64,000 nt of DNA from Eledone cirrhosa (Eukaryota). Shown here piece by piece: positions 1-12,020 of the stretch (position 1 is the stretch's first letter; the number at the start of each line of letters is the position of its first letter). The stretch lies in assembly GCA_964016885.1 (NCBI GenBank), contig OZ024746.1, positions 83,762,001-83,826,000 of the forward strand, written 5' to 3'. The translations under genes were made by a program, and so were the position numbers. A model generated the notes under the pieces. That model was not told where the DNA came from, did no database searches, and worked only from the letters and a program-made list of their open reading frames with translations.

Positions 1-165
1 AGGCCAGCAATTACCCAGTGCATTACTGGTACTTTATTTTATCGACCTCGTAAGGATGAAAGGCAAAGTCAACCTCGGCGGGATTTGAACTCAGATCGTA
101 AAGGGACGTAACTATGCTGGAAAACATGGCGTCCGACCCTCTACTGATACTGCCAATCCACCGCC
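1..165 (-). mobile_element. tRNA-derived SINE, family A
   Basis: Minus strand: A-box-like TGGCAGTATCAG, B-box GAGTTCAAATCCC, core GCCTTTCATCC..GGTCGATAAAATAAAGTACCAG; about 20 related copies in the window. Confidence 0.85.
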
Positions 166-179
166 CTTTAAATAAACAT

Positions 180-305
180 ATATATTATAATAATAATATA
201 TATATAATAATAATAATATAATATATAAATATAATAATAATAATAATAATGTACGTGTGTGTGTGTGTCTGTGTGTGTGTATGTGTGTGTCTGTATGTAT
301 GCATT

Positions 306-362
<57 letters not shown>

Positions 363-451
363 ATATATAAATATGTGTGTGTGTGTCTGTATGTATGCAT
401 CTGTATATGTGTATATATATATATGTGTGTATGTGTCTGTATGTATGCATC

Positions 452-486
<35 letters not shown>

Positions 487-512
487 GTGTGTACATGTGT
501 GTGTGTATATAA
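180..512. repeat. compound (TAA)/(TG)/(TA) microsatellite
   Basis: Directly visible simple repeats; explains ORFs at 112-674. Confidence 0.95.
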
Positions 513-1301
513 GGGTAGGTAAGAACGTGGGTAGGTAGTGGTGGTGGTTTCAGGGTGGGTATGGCACAACATATAGTTTTTAAGCCTATATTGATTGCTC
601 TGTCTGTGTTTAAGAACTGTAATCTCTTCATAGCCACAACTCTGCTCATGCCACTCTGCAGTCCAGCACATCATCTGATCATCTGTTACTTCTTCTGGAG
701 GGATAGTTTACTGACCTGCCCCAGCGCCTCATCATTCCTCCCACCCTGAACTCTTCTCCTCTTTTCTTATTTCTTCTTCCATTATTTCTTCCTTCCAAAG
801 AATTGCTGCATTCAACAGTTTATCTTTCTTCTTTCTCATCTACTTATAATGTGTCTCTGTTTAGATTTTTGTTGCTGCTGTTGCCCCCCCCCCTCTCTCT
901 CTCATTCTCCTCTCTATCTCCCCCACTTGAAATAGGACCTATGGGGGTGGTGGAGGAAGGGGTAATGTAGATAGGAATAATGGTAGTGTTGAGGACGATG
1001 ATGATGATAATGGTGGTGAATATGAAGTAGGTGGTAGTGGTGGTGGTGGTGAAGATGCAGTTGTTGCTCTTGTTGTTCAGTGCCAGGTCGGGCCTGATCT
1101 AGTTGACCTAGGATCAAAGGTGTTCTACCAATGACCATCCTATCTGGGAAATGGGCAAAAGTTCAAACCCTTGTTTATAAGCTGAGGCAGTTAATCACAT
1201 TATGTTTAAATGGCATGGTTTTGAAATTCTCATTAGTGGGGAATATATTTATGAAGTTTTAGTATTTCAATATTTAAAATGTTTTAAAGTGTCGTTTAGA
1301 G

Positions 1302-1629
1302 CAGTGGTCAGCAACCGGTGGTCCAAGAGAAAATGTTCATGGTCCACAGAAAAATTTGGACATTATTTGCAATTTTTATGTTTTATTAATAATAAAACAA
1401 AAATAATATTCTGTTAAAATATATTTTATAACCCCCTAAAATTATTTCTCCTTAGTAAAGACCTAACATCCATAAAAGAATTCTACACATATGTATCATC
1501 TATCGACAACATGACACACGTACACTTAAGTATTGTTTCGACCATTGACCATTAATTCATATTAGTGGTCCGCAGGATTTAAAATTATGAATTAGTGGTC
1601 CATGATGTCCGAAAGGTTGGTGACTGCTG
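1302..1629. mobile_element. hAT (Charlie-like) MITE
   Basis: TIRs cagtggtcagcaacc / ggttggtgactgctg; 8-bp TSD gtttagag (1294-1301) / ctttagag (1630-1637); subterminal gtggtcc repeats. Confidence 0.8.
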
Positions 1630-3384
1630 CTTTAGAGTATATTTTTTTTGTTTCACAACTCTATTGTGTTATGATTGCTTACCAATTTCTGACTGTTTCA
1701 AAACACATAAAAAAAACAATAGTAATTTCACCTCCAAAATTAAACCAATGTAATATTTACCGGTGTAATATTCACCTCCAAAGCAAAAATATTTTAGTAC
1801 CTCATTTACGTAGAATTTGAAGTTGGTGAAATCGGCAAAATATTGACCTCGAATATAAGCCAACAACCCCCATTTGCCCGTCAAATTTTTTGTCACATAT
1901 TTCTTGGCTCATATACCAGCATATACAGCATATCCCTCTCTTTTGAAGGAAAAAAAAAAGGGTGGTGGGTTGAGGGAGGTCTGATTAATATTTCTGCATA
2001 GAGGCCCTCAATGATGATGATAGTTTTTTTTTTGTTTTAGTGTCTTTTAGAAAGTTACATGGCCAATTGAAACAGCACCATTATAGTACTGCCATGTCAA
2101 ATTTTTCTGGAAAACAAAAACAACAGCCCCTTTTAAGAAGTGACTAAAATGGTCAATGCTAGGAAGGGTACCTCACCATAAATCATTAACTCAAAAAACC
2201 CTCATCACGAGTATGAAGCCCGTCATTGTGCTCGCATGTCTAGCCCGTTTTTTAGAAGGGAAAATGGACTTTAAATGCTTCTTATGTTGTTTACAATAAC
2301 AGCAAAAGAAATATTTCAATTTTTTCTTTCTTTCTTTATAGAGCAATATTTTTTTCTAAGAGAGATGTACAGTGGGGAGGGAGTGTGATAAGAGCTGATT
2401 ACAAAGATACATTGGACAAACACAATACATTAATACAAACAGGCAGCATTTTGAACATTTTAAATAACCATAGAGATTTAAATGAATTGCCTATGGAATA
2501 AAATTACAGCTCACCCGTATATTATAGTCCATTGATTTGAGACCAGTTTATTATTGGTATAACCTTTTCCTGATCATATTTATAATGAAATACATTATAT
2601 TTCAATTAGCTAATGAAGAATTTTTAGGGATTCATAAAAATTATTTATTACTTTCTTACTAAGATACTAACTTAACACTGTTCTTATATAAAATTATGTT
2701 GGAAGATTTTAATTCAAATAAAAACCCTTTAAGAATGATGGCTTTGTTTCACAGAGCCAGAGTTGATTTTGGCCTGGTTGGTATCAAAAGGGATATATAA
2801 AAGCAGGATGATTGGGAGAAGAATTTGAATCCAGGTTTTTTTTATTTTTTTTTTATGACAATGTTTTTAGCATATAAACAAAGCCATAGCATTATTTTGT
2901 GTGGTGGTAGTGAGGTAGGGGTGTAATTGATTTAATCAAACTAATCACTTCATTCGTAACAATTTTATTAAATGCTGGGAAGATGAAAAGCAAGTCACTA
3001 ACCACTCTGTTAATATCAATAATAATAATTATTATTATTGATATTATTATTATTAAGAAGGAGAAGAAAGGACCTGAGCTCCAAATGGAGTGTATCAGTG
3101 GTTGGTTTATGCTCAATGTTTGTTCTTATCTCAGCGATTTCGTTTACACATTTTGTTCCATCGTTTGGATAATGTAATTGCCTAAATAACCAGAAAGATT
3201 TTCTTTTCAAATTTTCAAAGTAATAATTTCTTATAAGCTTTGTTTTCAAAAATGGTGAACAGAAAGAACAAATTAATTGTACTATAAAAAGTATCTCCCA
3301 CCTTTCTGTTAAAATAGTTGGACAAGAGGATTTGATAGCCCTAGGGACTTCAGAGAAAAAGGGGACATCAACCTCCCTACTCAC

Positions 3385-3545
3385 CACCATAGGCGCTGAG
3401 CTGGCCAGTCGCAGGTGTGAGTCCTGCAAGTTGGAGTGGCTTTTCCAGCGCGTCTCCCTTGCTGTCCTCCGGGGCCTTCTCCATTCTGTCCACCAGGGCT
3501 GTGGGGAGACAAGCCGATTATATTACGAATTCTGTTGAATAATCC
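3385..3545 (+). mobile_element. CRE-like non-LTR retrotransposon 3' fragment
   Basis: Peptide IGAELASRR..EWLFQRVSLAVLRG resembles the CRE-clade C-terminal LFQRLSVAIQRGNA motif; GC-rich relative to flanks. Confidence 0.6.
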
Positions 3546-4319
3546 TATATATTGTGTAGTTACCTAGTTTTATCAATTTATTTATAGTCTGATGTTGCTG
3601 ATCATGAACTGGCCTACAAACAAACCCCATGAACATCAATGTCATCTGGATAAGACAGTAGCTTAGTCAAAGACAAAAGACTACAACAACAAAATCAGCA
3701 GCAACACAGAAAATAGACAATGATAACTACACTTTGCCAATCCCTTTTCTATAACTACAGTACATAGCCTAGTCAAAAACAACAGCATCAAAAGGTAACA
3801 ACAATAACAATAAAACTGCAGAGGGTAGCTACAAGAACAAAAATAACAGCAATAATAATGGTGATAATAAAATTAATTATAATAGAAATAACGATGATAA
3901 TGGTGGTAATGATTTCTTTATTAATTACAAAGAGTTTACATGAAGAAAACATTAAGGACAGCACTATTAATAATAAAACCCATGGCCAAGAAATATCTGG
4001 CAGGGAGTATCCATGTCTCATGAGAAGGGAGAGCTCACTAAACTTGTTAGATAATTGTCCTAGAGGTGGTATCATGAACAAAATTAACCCCTTGGCAGTG
4101 AAGGATAAAACAACAAAAAAGTCCCACAATGTCTACAGACAAATACACATACAAGATCAGTTGTTGCCTAGGTCAACAGGAGCCATGTCTCTCAGGAAGT
4201 AATCAGCCTTGGGTTGAAAAGTTTGCAGCTGAAATGAGCTCTTCTCCAAATATGGACTTCAATGGTCACTTGATTGAGAGTAATCTCAACCCAAGCCCTC
4301 GATGTTCAGCACCACAAGG

Positions 4320-4665
4320 GTCTGTGGAGTAATGTTACTCGATAAAGTGCATAGCTCAGAGATCAAAGAGTCACACCAGGTAGAGCCACTACTTCTCCGA
4401 ATTGAGAGATCACAGCTCCGATACTATGGGCATGTGGTTAGAATGTCTCAGGAAAGAATTGCTGGACAGATTTACAGGCAAAACCAACCAGCAGGAGACC
4501 CAAAGGAAGATGCCAAGCAAGATGGTTGGATAACATCCATGAGCTTGGCTGGTCTTGCTTGGGGATCCAATCTGATCAGTTGGAGATGGTTGCTTCTGAC
4601 AGGACCTTCTTGAAGGAGTGTTTTAGGACTCTGCCCCCGCGACTCTCTCAGAAATAAGTTGGCAA
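4320..4665 (+). mobile_element. RTE-clade LINE 3' fragment
   Basis: VEPLLLRIERSQLRYYGHVVRM; homologous minus-strand copy at about 53700-53815. Confidence 0.8.
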
Positions 4666-4689
4666 AGAAGAAAAATCTCATAATGTAAA

Positions 4690-5290
4690 TGCCAAATGGA
4701 TAAAGAACAAGGAAGAAACATACAATAATAGAATAATTTAGAAAGGCAGACTTGGCAAGACATAATTATGGAAGAACTGAAGTTAGCACTAAAGAAAGCC
4801 AACAAATGGAAATCTCCTGGTTTTGATAATATGCCAAACTTCTGGTTATCTTCTCTGACTGCTACTCGTGATACATTGGTAAAATGTTATAACAAAATTA
4901 TGAACAATCCTGAGAAAACTCCTGATTGGTTTACACAAGGTATAACATATCTCTTGCCAAAATTGACAGACAAAATCTTCCAAAATATTATCATCCTGTC
5001 ACTTGGAATGATAAAAAGGGAACTGAAAAATATTTGAACTAGATATCTGGAAAGCTATCTCTGCAAGTGATACAGAAAATAGTGTTGACTATGACTGTTC
5101 ATGTCTTGAGAAGGGCATTATTAATTTAAAAACCCTGCAAAGACATTTACTGTTGTTTATGCCCTTGTGGTATCATCTATTTGACAATTGATTGTAAAAT
5201 GTGTATATTACCAAATTTTGCCTCAAGTGTCAGGTTAACACTCAGCAAGATACGGAAAAGAAGCAGAATCCAAAGGAAGTTTCAAATAAC

Positions 5291-5324
<34 letters not shown>

Positions 5325-5325
5325 T
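4690..5325 (+). mobile_element. R4/Dong-like (RLE-type) LINE remnant, internally deleted, ending in (TAA)n
   Basis: EELKLALKKANKWKSPGFDNMPNFWL...PDWFTQGITYLLPK (RT N-terminal part) joined to a degenerate LGMIK...IQKIVL..T.HVLRRAL C-terminus; (TAA)n at about 5285-5323. Confidence 0.7.
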
Positions 5326-5674
5326 TCTTTATTAACCACAAAGTTTTACATGGATAAATACAATTATACAATTTTAAATTTGAACTCAATATATACTGAA
5401 GCCTGCAATGCTAGATACCATGAAATATATATTCTTGTCTTCTCACATCATCTCTCTTTTTATTTTTTATTTGTTTTGAATTTTCTTTTTCTTTTCATTG
5501 TTAAATTTTCCATTCTTATACAAATGGATGGTTTTTATAATGGAGCAATTGTTTTTACAATTAGCTGGATTACTCTTTCTTTCTGTTAACCATTCAACTG
5601 TAAAGTAGTGATGGAGCCTATTTTATGTTCAATCATGCAAACTTGGGTTTGGCACAGTTTAATGATTGTAGTCA

Positions 5675-5900
5675 GACAGTGAATTGGCAAAGTTGTATAG
5701 AATGCTTTGCAGTATTCAGTTCAGTTCTCTGTGCTCAAATCCCTCCGAGGTCAACTTTGCCTTTCATTCTTTTGAGTTTGATAAAAAAAAAAAGTACCTA
5801 TTTTGTACTGGGGTACCATGATTCTTTCTCATTCACTTTCCCCTGGAAGAAATCAACTGTGTTCCGACTAGAATGATTGAAATAAGATTTGGTTATATGA
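5675..5900 (+). mobile_element. SINE family A, alternative tail (degenerate)
   Basis: gtgaattggcaa...ctcaaatccctccgaggtcaactttgcctttcattc...aagtacc, then ggaagaaatcaactgtgttc. Confidence 0.7.
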
Positions 5901-6019
5901 CCAACAACAACTTCTTTTATTGACCCCCAAGGGTTCAAAATGTTGGCAACAGTACAAAAACAAAATATTACAAGACACAGTGGGGTATTTCCTATGAATA
6001 AAATGATAATTATTTCTAA

Positions 6020-6225
6020 TTTAGGCATGAGACTATCAATCTGCAGGGAAGGGAATGTTGATTATATTAATCCCAGCATTTGACTGATACTTTATTTTTA
6101 TCAAACCTCGGAAAAATGAGAGGCAAAGTTAACATTAGTTGGATTTGGATTCTGAGTATAATAAGCCATAACTAAATACTGCAAATCATTTTGTCCAATG
6201 CTCCAATAATTCTGCCAATCCACTA
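6020..6225 (-). mobile_element. SINE family A (degenerate)
   Basis: aggcaaagttaac...ggatttggattctgag...aaatactgcaaatcatt...ctgccaatccac. Confidence 0.7.
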
Positions 6226-6578
6226 ATAATCATAATAATAATAATAATAATAAAAATAATAACAGTAATAATAATAATAGTAATAATCTTTTTTATTGGA
6301 TACAAGACATCAGAGACAATACATATTCAAAATATAACATAAAGTAAGGGTTACATTGAGTAAAAATGGACAGAATCAACAAAAACAACAAACATAACAA
6401 TAAAATGTCAATGAGAAAATTCCCAAAATAAAAAGGAATAGGACACAGTGAAAAACCTCACAAAAAGCCTCAAATTACTCTTTCACAGTAAAGGTATTTA
6501 AACCACCCTCTCCTGGTTTCATTCCTCCTGTTTAGAAGAACCAAGTCAGAGTAACTAATCTTCTTTTTTATTAATATA

Positions 6579-6786
6579 CCCTTTAGCATTTAAACCATCT
6601 GCAACCAGCCAGAATTCTCTCACCTCTTTTTGTTCAAACCGGCTGAAACCGACCAATCATACTGATGTTAAGGTATTGTTCTGAAAACAAATAATATCAA
6701 CATCTAGTAGATTCAAGATTATGTGAGATAAAGTGTTTGTTGTGAAAATACAATAGTATATATAGAGTAATGTAAATGCTAAAGGG
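6579..6786 (+). mobile_element. piggyBac-like MITE family P1
   Basis: TIR ccctttagcattta / taaatgctaaaggg, followed by TTAA; five more copies in the window. Confidence 0.75.
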
Positions 6787-7947
6787 TTAAACCCAGTCAT
6801 GTAATTAAACATGTTTAACTTTTGGCCATCAGTTAGTCAAGACAAGTTGTGGCCATGTCTTTCCTTTGGTCATTAGTAGAATGAAGTGATACAATTATGA
6901 TCAGAACTGAACCTGTAATACAGTCTTAGTTTACTGGGCATTTCCTACTTATTCTTCAGTATTCACAACAAAATATATTTGGTATTCTTAATAAGGTATG
7001 ATTAGTACATCCATGGATGAGGATAATCTTAGTTATGGTTTTGATTAAAAATAATAATTAAGAGGATAAGAGTGGAGTTGGTGGTGATACTAGTGTTGTT
7101 ATTCAACTCCAGGTTAATCTTGGATTCAGCAAAACTATGATCAAAGGCTTTCCATCTATGGCTATCTTCTTTTTTTTTTATTATTATTACTGAGTCTAAA
7201 GTGCCCTTTCTCTGTTAAGAGATTGAGATTTGGTTTGAAGGAATTTGGCTCCTATTTCTAGCAAGTTAAATGACCTTATCGAGAGTCCCTCATTGATGTT
7301 GTTTACAGTCTAAATAACAATAATGTAGGTAAATATAGTGGTGCTAATGATTGGTAGTTATAATGTCAGTTAATTGGACAATTTATTGTGATAATTTTTT
7401 TTCATATTAGTTCAAGGTCACATATCTGTAAGGAATGGGTATAGTTGATTACATCAACTCCAGGATATGACTGGTATCTATATTACCAATAAGGGATGAA
7501 AAGTAATTGTTCCAGACAAGATTAACTCAGAATGTAGGGGCTTTGATGATGATGATAGTGATGGTGTTGGTGGTGATGGTGGAGGTTGTGATGGTGGTGA
7601 TGGTGTTGTTGATGGTAGAGGAGGAGAAGACAACTGCAATATAAATAGCATTAATAATTGTTTCTACTTTAGGCACAAGGCCAGCAATTACCCAGTGCAT
7701 TACTGGTAGCATTAATAATGGAAATAGTGTAGATATAATAATAATACCCCCCCCCCCAGTTATTTTACAGAGAATGGTTTTATTAAATCTAAACAACAAC
7801 AAAACAAAAAAAAACATAACAGCTATTGATCAATCTGTTAACCTTCCCAACATCCTTTCTGGACAGCTATCATTTTAGCCAATTTGCATAAACTACGCCG
7901 TGGATTATATTAATTTAGTTCTTATTTATTTATTTATATTCTCTTTT

Positions 7948-8007
<60 letters not shown>

Positions 8008-8489
8008 GTCATCATCATTGTCATCGTTAAAGATGTACCCCATTTGATATTTCTGTTTTGTTTCCGATTACAAGCAATTTGTACAAGGTTACAGATTCTA
8101 GCTTTTCTGAGTTGTTGTTATCACCACCACCACCACCACAACCATCATCACCATCATTAAATAAAAACATCCGCATTGTACATCATTATTAAAGTACAGC
8201 CAATCACTACATCCCCTGTTTTTGCTCTATGCCAAAATTTGACAGTCTATTTTCATTTTATTGTGATTTGTTTGCAGTTGTTGTTTGTCCATGTTAGTAC
8301 CCAGTAGCTTTTTTTTTTAGACCCTCCTATATGCTGAGTGTTAAAGATAAATGAATAAAGGTTAATATGACTTAATTAAAGTTGTTTATTGATCAAATAA
8401 TTTGTATCATCTATGCTTCACTGACAAGGTTCGTTAGGACTGAAGCATGTCCCAAATGGCATTCAAGCAGGTTAATGGTTAGAGTAAGC

Positions 8490-8790
8490 AGTGAATTGGT
8501 TAAGTTGATAGAATGTCAGAATGCTTTGCAATATTCATTCTGGGTCTCCCTAATCCCTAGTTGAAACCTCATGGAGGTCAAATTTGCCTTTCACCCTTTC
8601 AAAGTGATTAAAAAAAGTACCAATCTAGTACTGGTGTCAGTTACTCTTCTCTCTCTCTCTAAGAAATTAGCTCTGTTGTTCAAATCAAATCCAGAGGGGG
8701 ATGGGCTGCATCAGATTTAAAATGCCCAAGACATGTATGTCACTATGGTGTTCCTAAGACTTCATCAGGAATTACGGGTCCAAACAAATG
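8490..8790 (+). mobile_element. SINE family A, alternative tail
   Basis: gtgaattggt...gaggtcaaatttgcctttcaccctttc...aagtacc; tail shared with the 18905-19040 and 44915-45085 copies. Confidence 0.7.
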
Positions 8791-9496
8791 AGAGTTAGAG
8801 TGGAAAATGTATGAGTAGCAATTTCCATAGGGATACAAATCTTTGAAAGGAGTGTTGAATGAGGTATTTTTGTATAGAAATATGTACATGAAACTCAGTA
8901 AGGGAGATGGGAGTATATTGAGTTCAGAGTGACAGATATATAACTGATCAGTAATATAATATAACAGATATATATAACTGATCAGTAATATAATAATTAT
9001 TGTTTATTTTATATTGCAAGAGGTGAACAATTGGTCATTGGTTAGAGGTTTCCAGTAGTCCAATCAATTATTCAATATATTTTTGACTGTAAGATTGCCA
9101 ATGGAGTATCTGTATTTAATTTTTGAAATCCATGTTTGGTATGTCATATATACTAGGATTACTGGATATATATGAACAGCCATACAAACTGACAAATTTG
9201 CATTTTGATAAATTTATGGTTTTCATAATAGAAACCTTATAATTTATGTTGACATGTGGAAAAGATAAAGATGTTTTAATAATATATTTCTAGGATGTAA
9301 TTATATAAATGTTTAATATATCTGTACAAATGACAAACATGATTAAATGTATGAGTAACTCTGGAGAAATATATATTTACAGGGTCAAATATAATTGGAA
9401 AACAAATTTCTTTGGTAGCAACATGACTGATATAAGAAATACATTGTGTGTATGTTTGTGTGTGTAATTTTTAAAGAGTTATGGACTGAAATATAT

Positions 9497-9981
9497 TCAT
9501 CATCCTCATATGTCCACTTTTCCCTGCTTGCGAGGGTGGGACGGGTCTTATTAAGCACGGCATCTCTCCATTCGTCATGGTCCTTTGTCAACTCCTCCGT
9601 GAGCTTCAGTGATCTGAGGTCTGCTCTCACCACCTCCACCCATGTTTTTCTTGGTCTTTCTCGACTGCGTCTTCCTTCTACTGGGATTTCTTGGCACTTC
9701 TTTACCCAGCTGTCATCCTCCATATGCATCACATGTCCATACCAACGCAGTCTTCTCTCCCACACACTACAGCCTATCCCTCTTATACACAGTTTCTCTC
9801 TCAACTCATCTATGCTTGGTCATTCACGCACATTGACATTGCACATCCAACGGAGCATGCTTACTTCATTTCTCTCCAGCCGTCGCATATCTTCCACAGT
9901 TGCTGCCCATGTCTCACTACCATGCAGCATCGTGCATCTCACACAGGCATCATTTAACTGGCCTTTCTTTTGTAGGGAGAA

Positions 9982-9984
<3 letters not shown>
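9497..9984 (-). mobile_element. RTE (BovB-like) LINE 3' fragment
   Basis: RRLRWYGHVMHMEDDSWVKKC..VEGRRSRERPRKTW; 3' tail gcaagcagggaaaagtggacat..gatgatg. Confidence 0.9.
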
Positions 9985-10029
<45 letters not shown>

Positions 10030-10033
<4 letters not shown>

Positions 10034-10324
10034 TTAGTCGTAGTCTTAGGCTCTTCTGCGCCTTTTGGCATATCGAACAGTAAGTAGACACCAACGATCA
10101 CAATCAGCAGCATCTGTGCCAAGTGATGTTGACTGCTATCAGGTCTTTTTGGAACATTTGTCGCCAGGTGATCCTGGGACAACCCTGCTTCTCTTTGCCA
10201 CCAGATGGAGTCCAGTTCATTGCCATTTTCGAGTGCCACTCATTGGGCAGGCGCAGAATATTGCCAGCCAGGTGGCACCGGCACTCCGTGACCACCCTCT
10301 GCAGCATCCACAACTTGGCATTCT

Positions 10325-10330
<6 letters not shown>
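10030..10330 (-). mobile_element. RTE/RTE-X-like LINE 3' fragment
   Basis: LAGNILRLPNEWHSKMAMNWTPSGGKEKQGCPRITWRQMFQKDL. Confidence 0.75.
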
Positions 10331-10360
<30 letters not shown>

Positions 10361-10364
<4 letters not shown>

Positions 10365-10530
10365 GCTCCTACATGGACACACTAGAAGAGGAAGACCAAG
10401 GTTAACGTATGTTGATGCCCTAAGGACAGACACTGGTCTGTTGGAGACGCAGGACATGGCAGCGATAATGAGGGACAGAGACCGCTGGAGAGAATTCGTC
10501 TATGGATCTCGGGAATTTTACCCGCCTTAG
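10361..10530 (+). mobile_element. RTE-like LINE 3' fragment (third family)
   Basis: HGHTRRGRPRLTYVDALRTDTGL...IMRDRDRWREFV. Confidence 0.75.
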
Positions 10531-12020
10531 AATATATATAGGAACGAGTAGGACCCCGACGGCTGAGCTCAAGCCGTTTTGACAGCTAATTCTGGACTAA
10601 AAAAAGGGTCGGAGTCCAACTCGTTCCTATTACCCACTCTACTACCCTAAGTATTGAGTACTTTGGTGCGTTATGGTCCACCTGGTTCCTTACCACATTT
10701 CCTTTGTTATATATATTCCGTTACGAACCCGATTTTCCTTCTTTCTCACATCGGATTCACTAGGGAAAGGTCTGTTTCTTGCTCGCACATGTATTCACCC
10801 AGCTTATACTGACAGAATAACCATGTTGCTTGTGTGTGTGTGGGAGTGTGTGTTTGTGTGTCATATGTATCTACACATTAACCATATTTATCTGTCTATT
10901 GTGGAAGGGTTTACAAAGATGGGGACCACCTATGATGAGGTGATCTGTCTGTATTTTTCACTGGCTTCAGGCACCTGGCAATAACAGATGTGATCTTATT
11001 AAACTACTTGACACATTTAAATTCATTTGAAATGTTTTATGGAACATAACATTTTCTGCCATGTAATTTATTAGTAATTTTCTATTATGGCCAACAACTC
11101 ATTAATGGCAGATAATAGAATCCTATATTGAAAGATGGGAAAATAACATACGCATGCACGCACGCACACACGTACACACACACACACACACACATTTAGA
11201 TCTATGGTCACATATACATATTACAGACAACACAGATTTGCAATCACACACAAAGATTTCCAGTTGTCATACTCATACCACAGACAACACAGATTTTCAG
11301 TCACACACACACACACAAAGATTTGCAGTGATACACATATATACACACACCACTGACAAGACAGATTTCAATCACACAAACACATATTCTTTAGATGCCA
11401 GCTAAAAGAATGAGAGACCATTATGTTCGATGGATACTGATGTTAGAGCTGCTAGCCATATTCTTCTATACAGATTAAAATAGAAACTCTAGAAATGTCA
11501 ACAAATGGTATTGTGTGTTGTGCAGTTCTTTTCAAAGTTGTCATTTGAAAGAATTCTATAATTACGTGTCCAAGAAAGAAGATAAGAAAATGTCAAATGC
11601 TCAAGAATGGTCTGCTTGCTGCTCTGTCAACCTGAAAAACTTCAGGAAGTAGAAGAAGAAGAAGAAGAAGAAAGTAAAGAAAAGGAATCAGATTAGAGAC
11701 ATGATTTTTAGTCATAAACTCTTTTGTTACTTAAAGGGCTGCAACTTTGATTATATGTTTACTAGTTAATTTATGCAATGGGATGTGACCAGCTCATCAC
11801 AACTATTAAAAGGAAATTTCTTAAACAATGTTTGTGCATGCACACACTCATTGTATACAGTATGTGTATGCACATGTACATGTCGTGTATTTGGCAGTAG
11901 ATTACATTAACTGCCAGTCCTCATTATTGTAATTGCTGCTGATTCTGCTGATGCTGCTGCTGCTGTTACATGTATCACAACCATCATTGTTGTGTAACAC
12001 TAACCAGCATTTCATTACAG

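Noticed and set aside
112-674. His/Tyr/Ile-rich ORFs
   Set aside because: Microsatellite translation; the same applies to 58019-58296 and 37083-37821
1710-1960. Tc1/mariner-type element end (cgaatataagcc motif)
   Set aside because: Too degenerate; no TIR pair or TSD could be defined
8931-9000. Short tandem duplication (acagatatataactgatcagtaatata x2)
   Set aside because: Ordinary two-copy slippage duplication
9446-10087. 213-aa + strand ORF
   Set aside because: Antisense reading of an RTE LINE fragment; likewise 34881-35396
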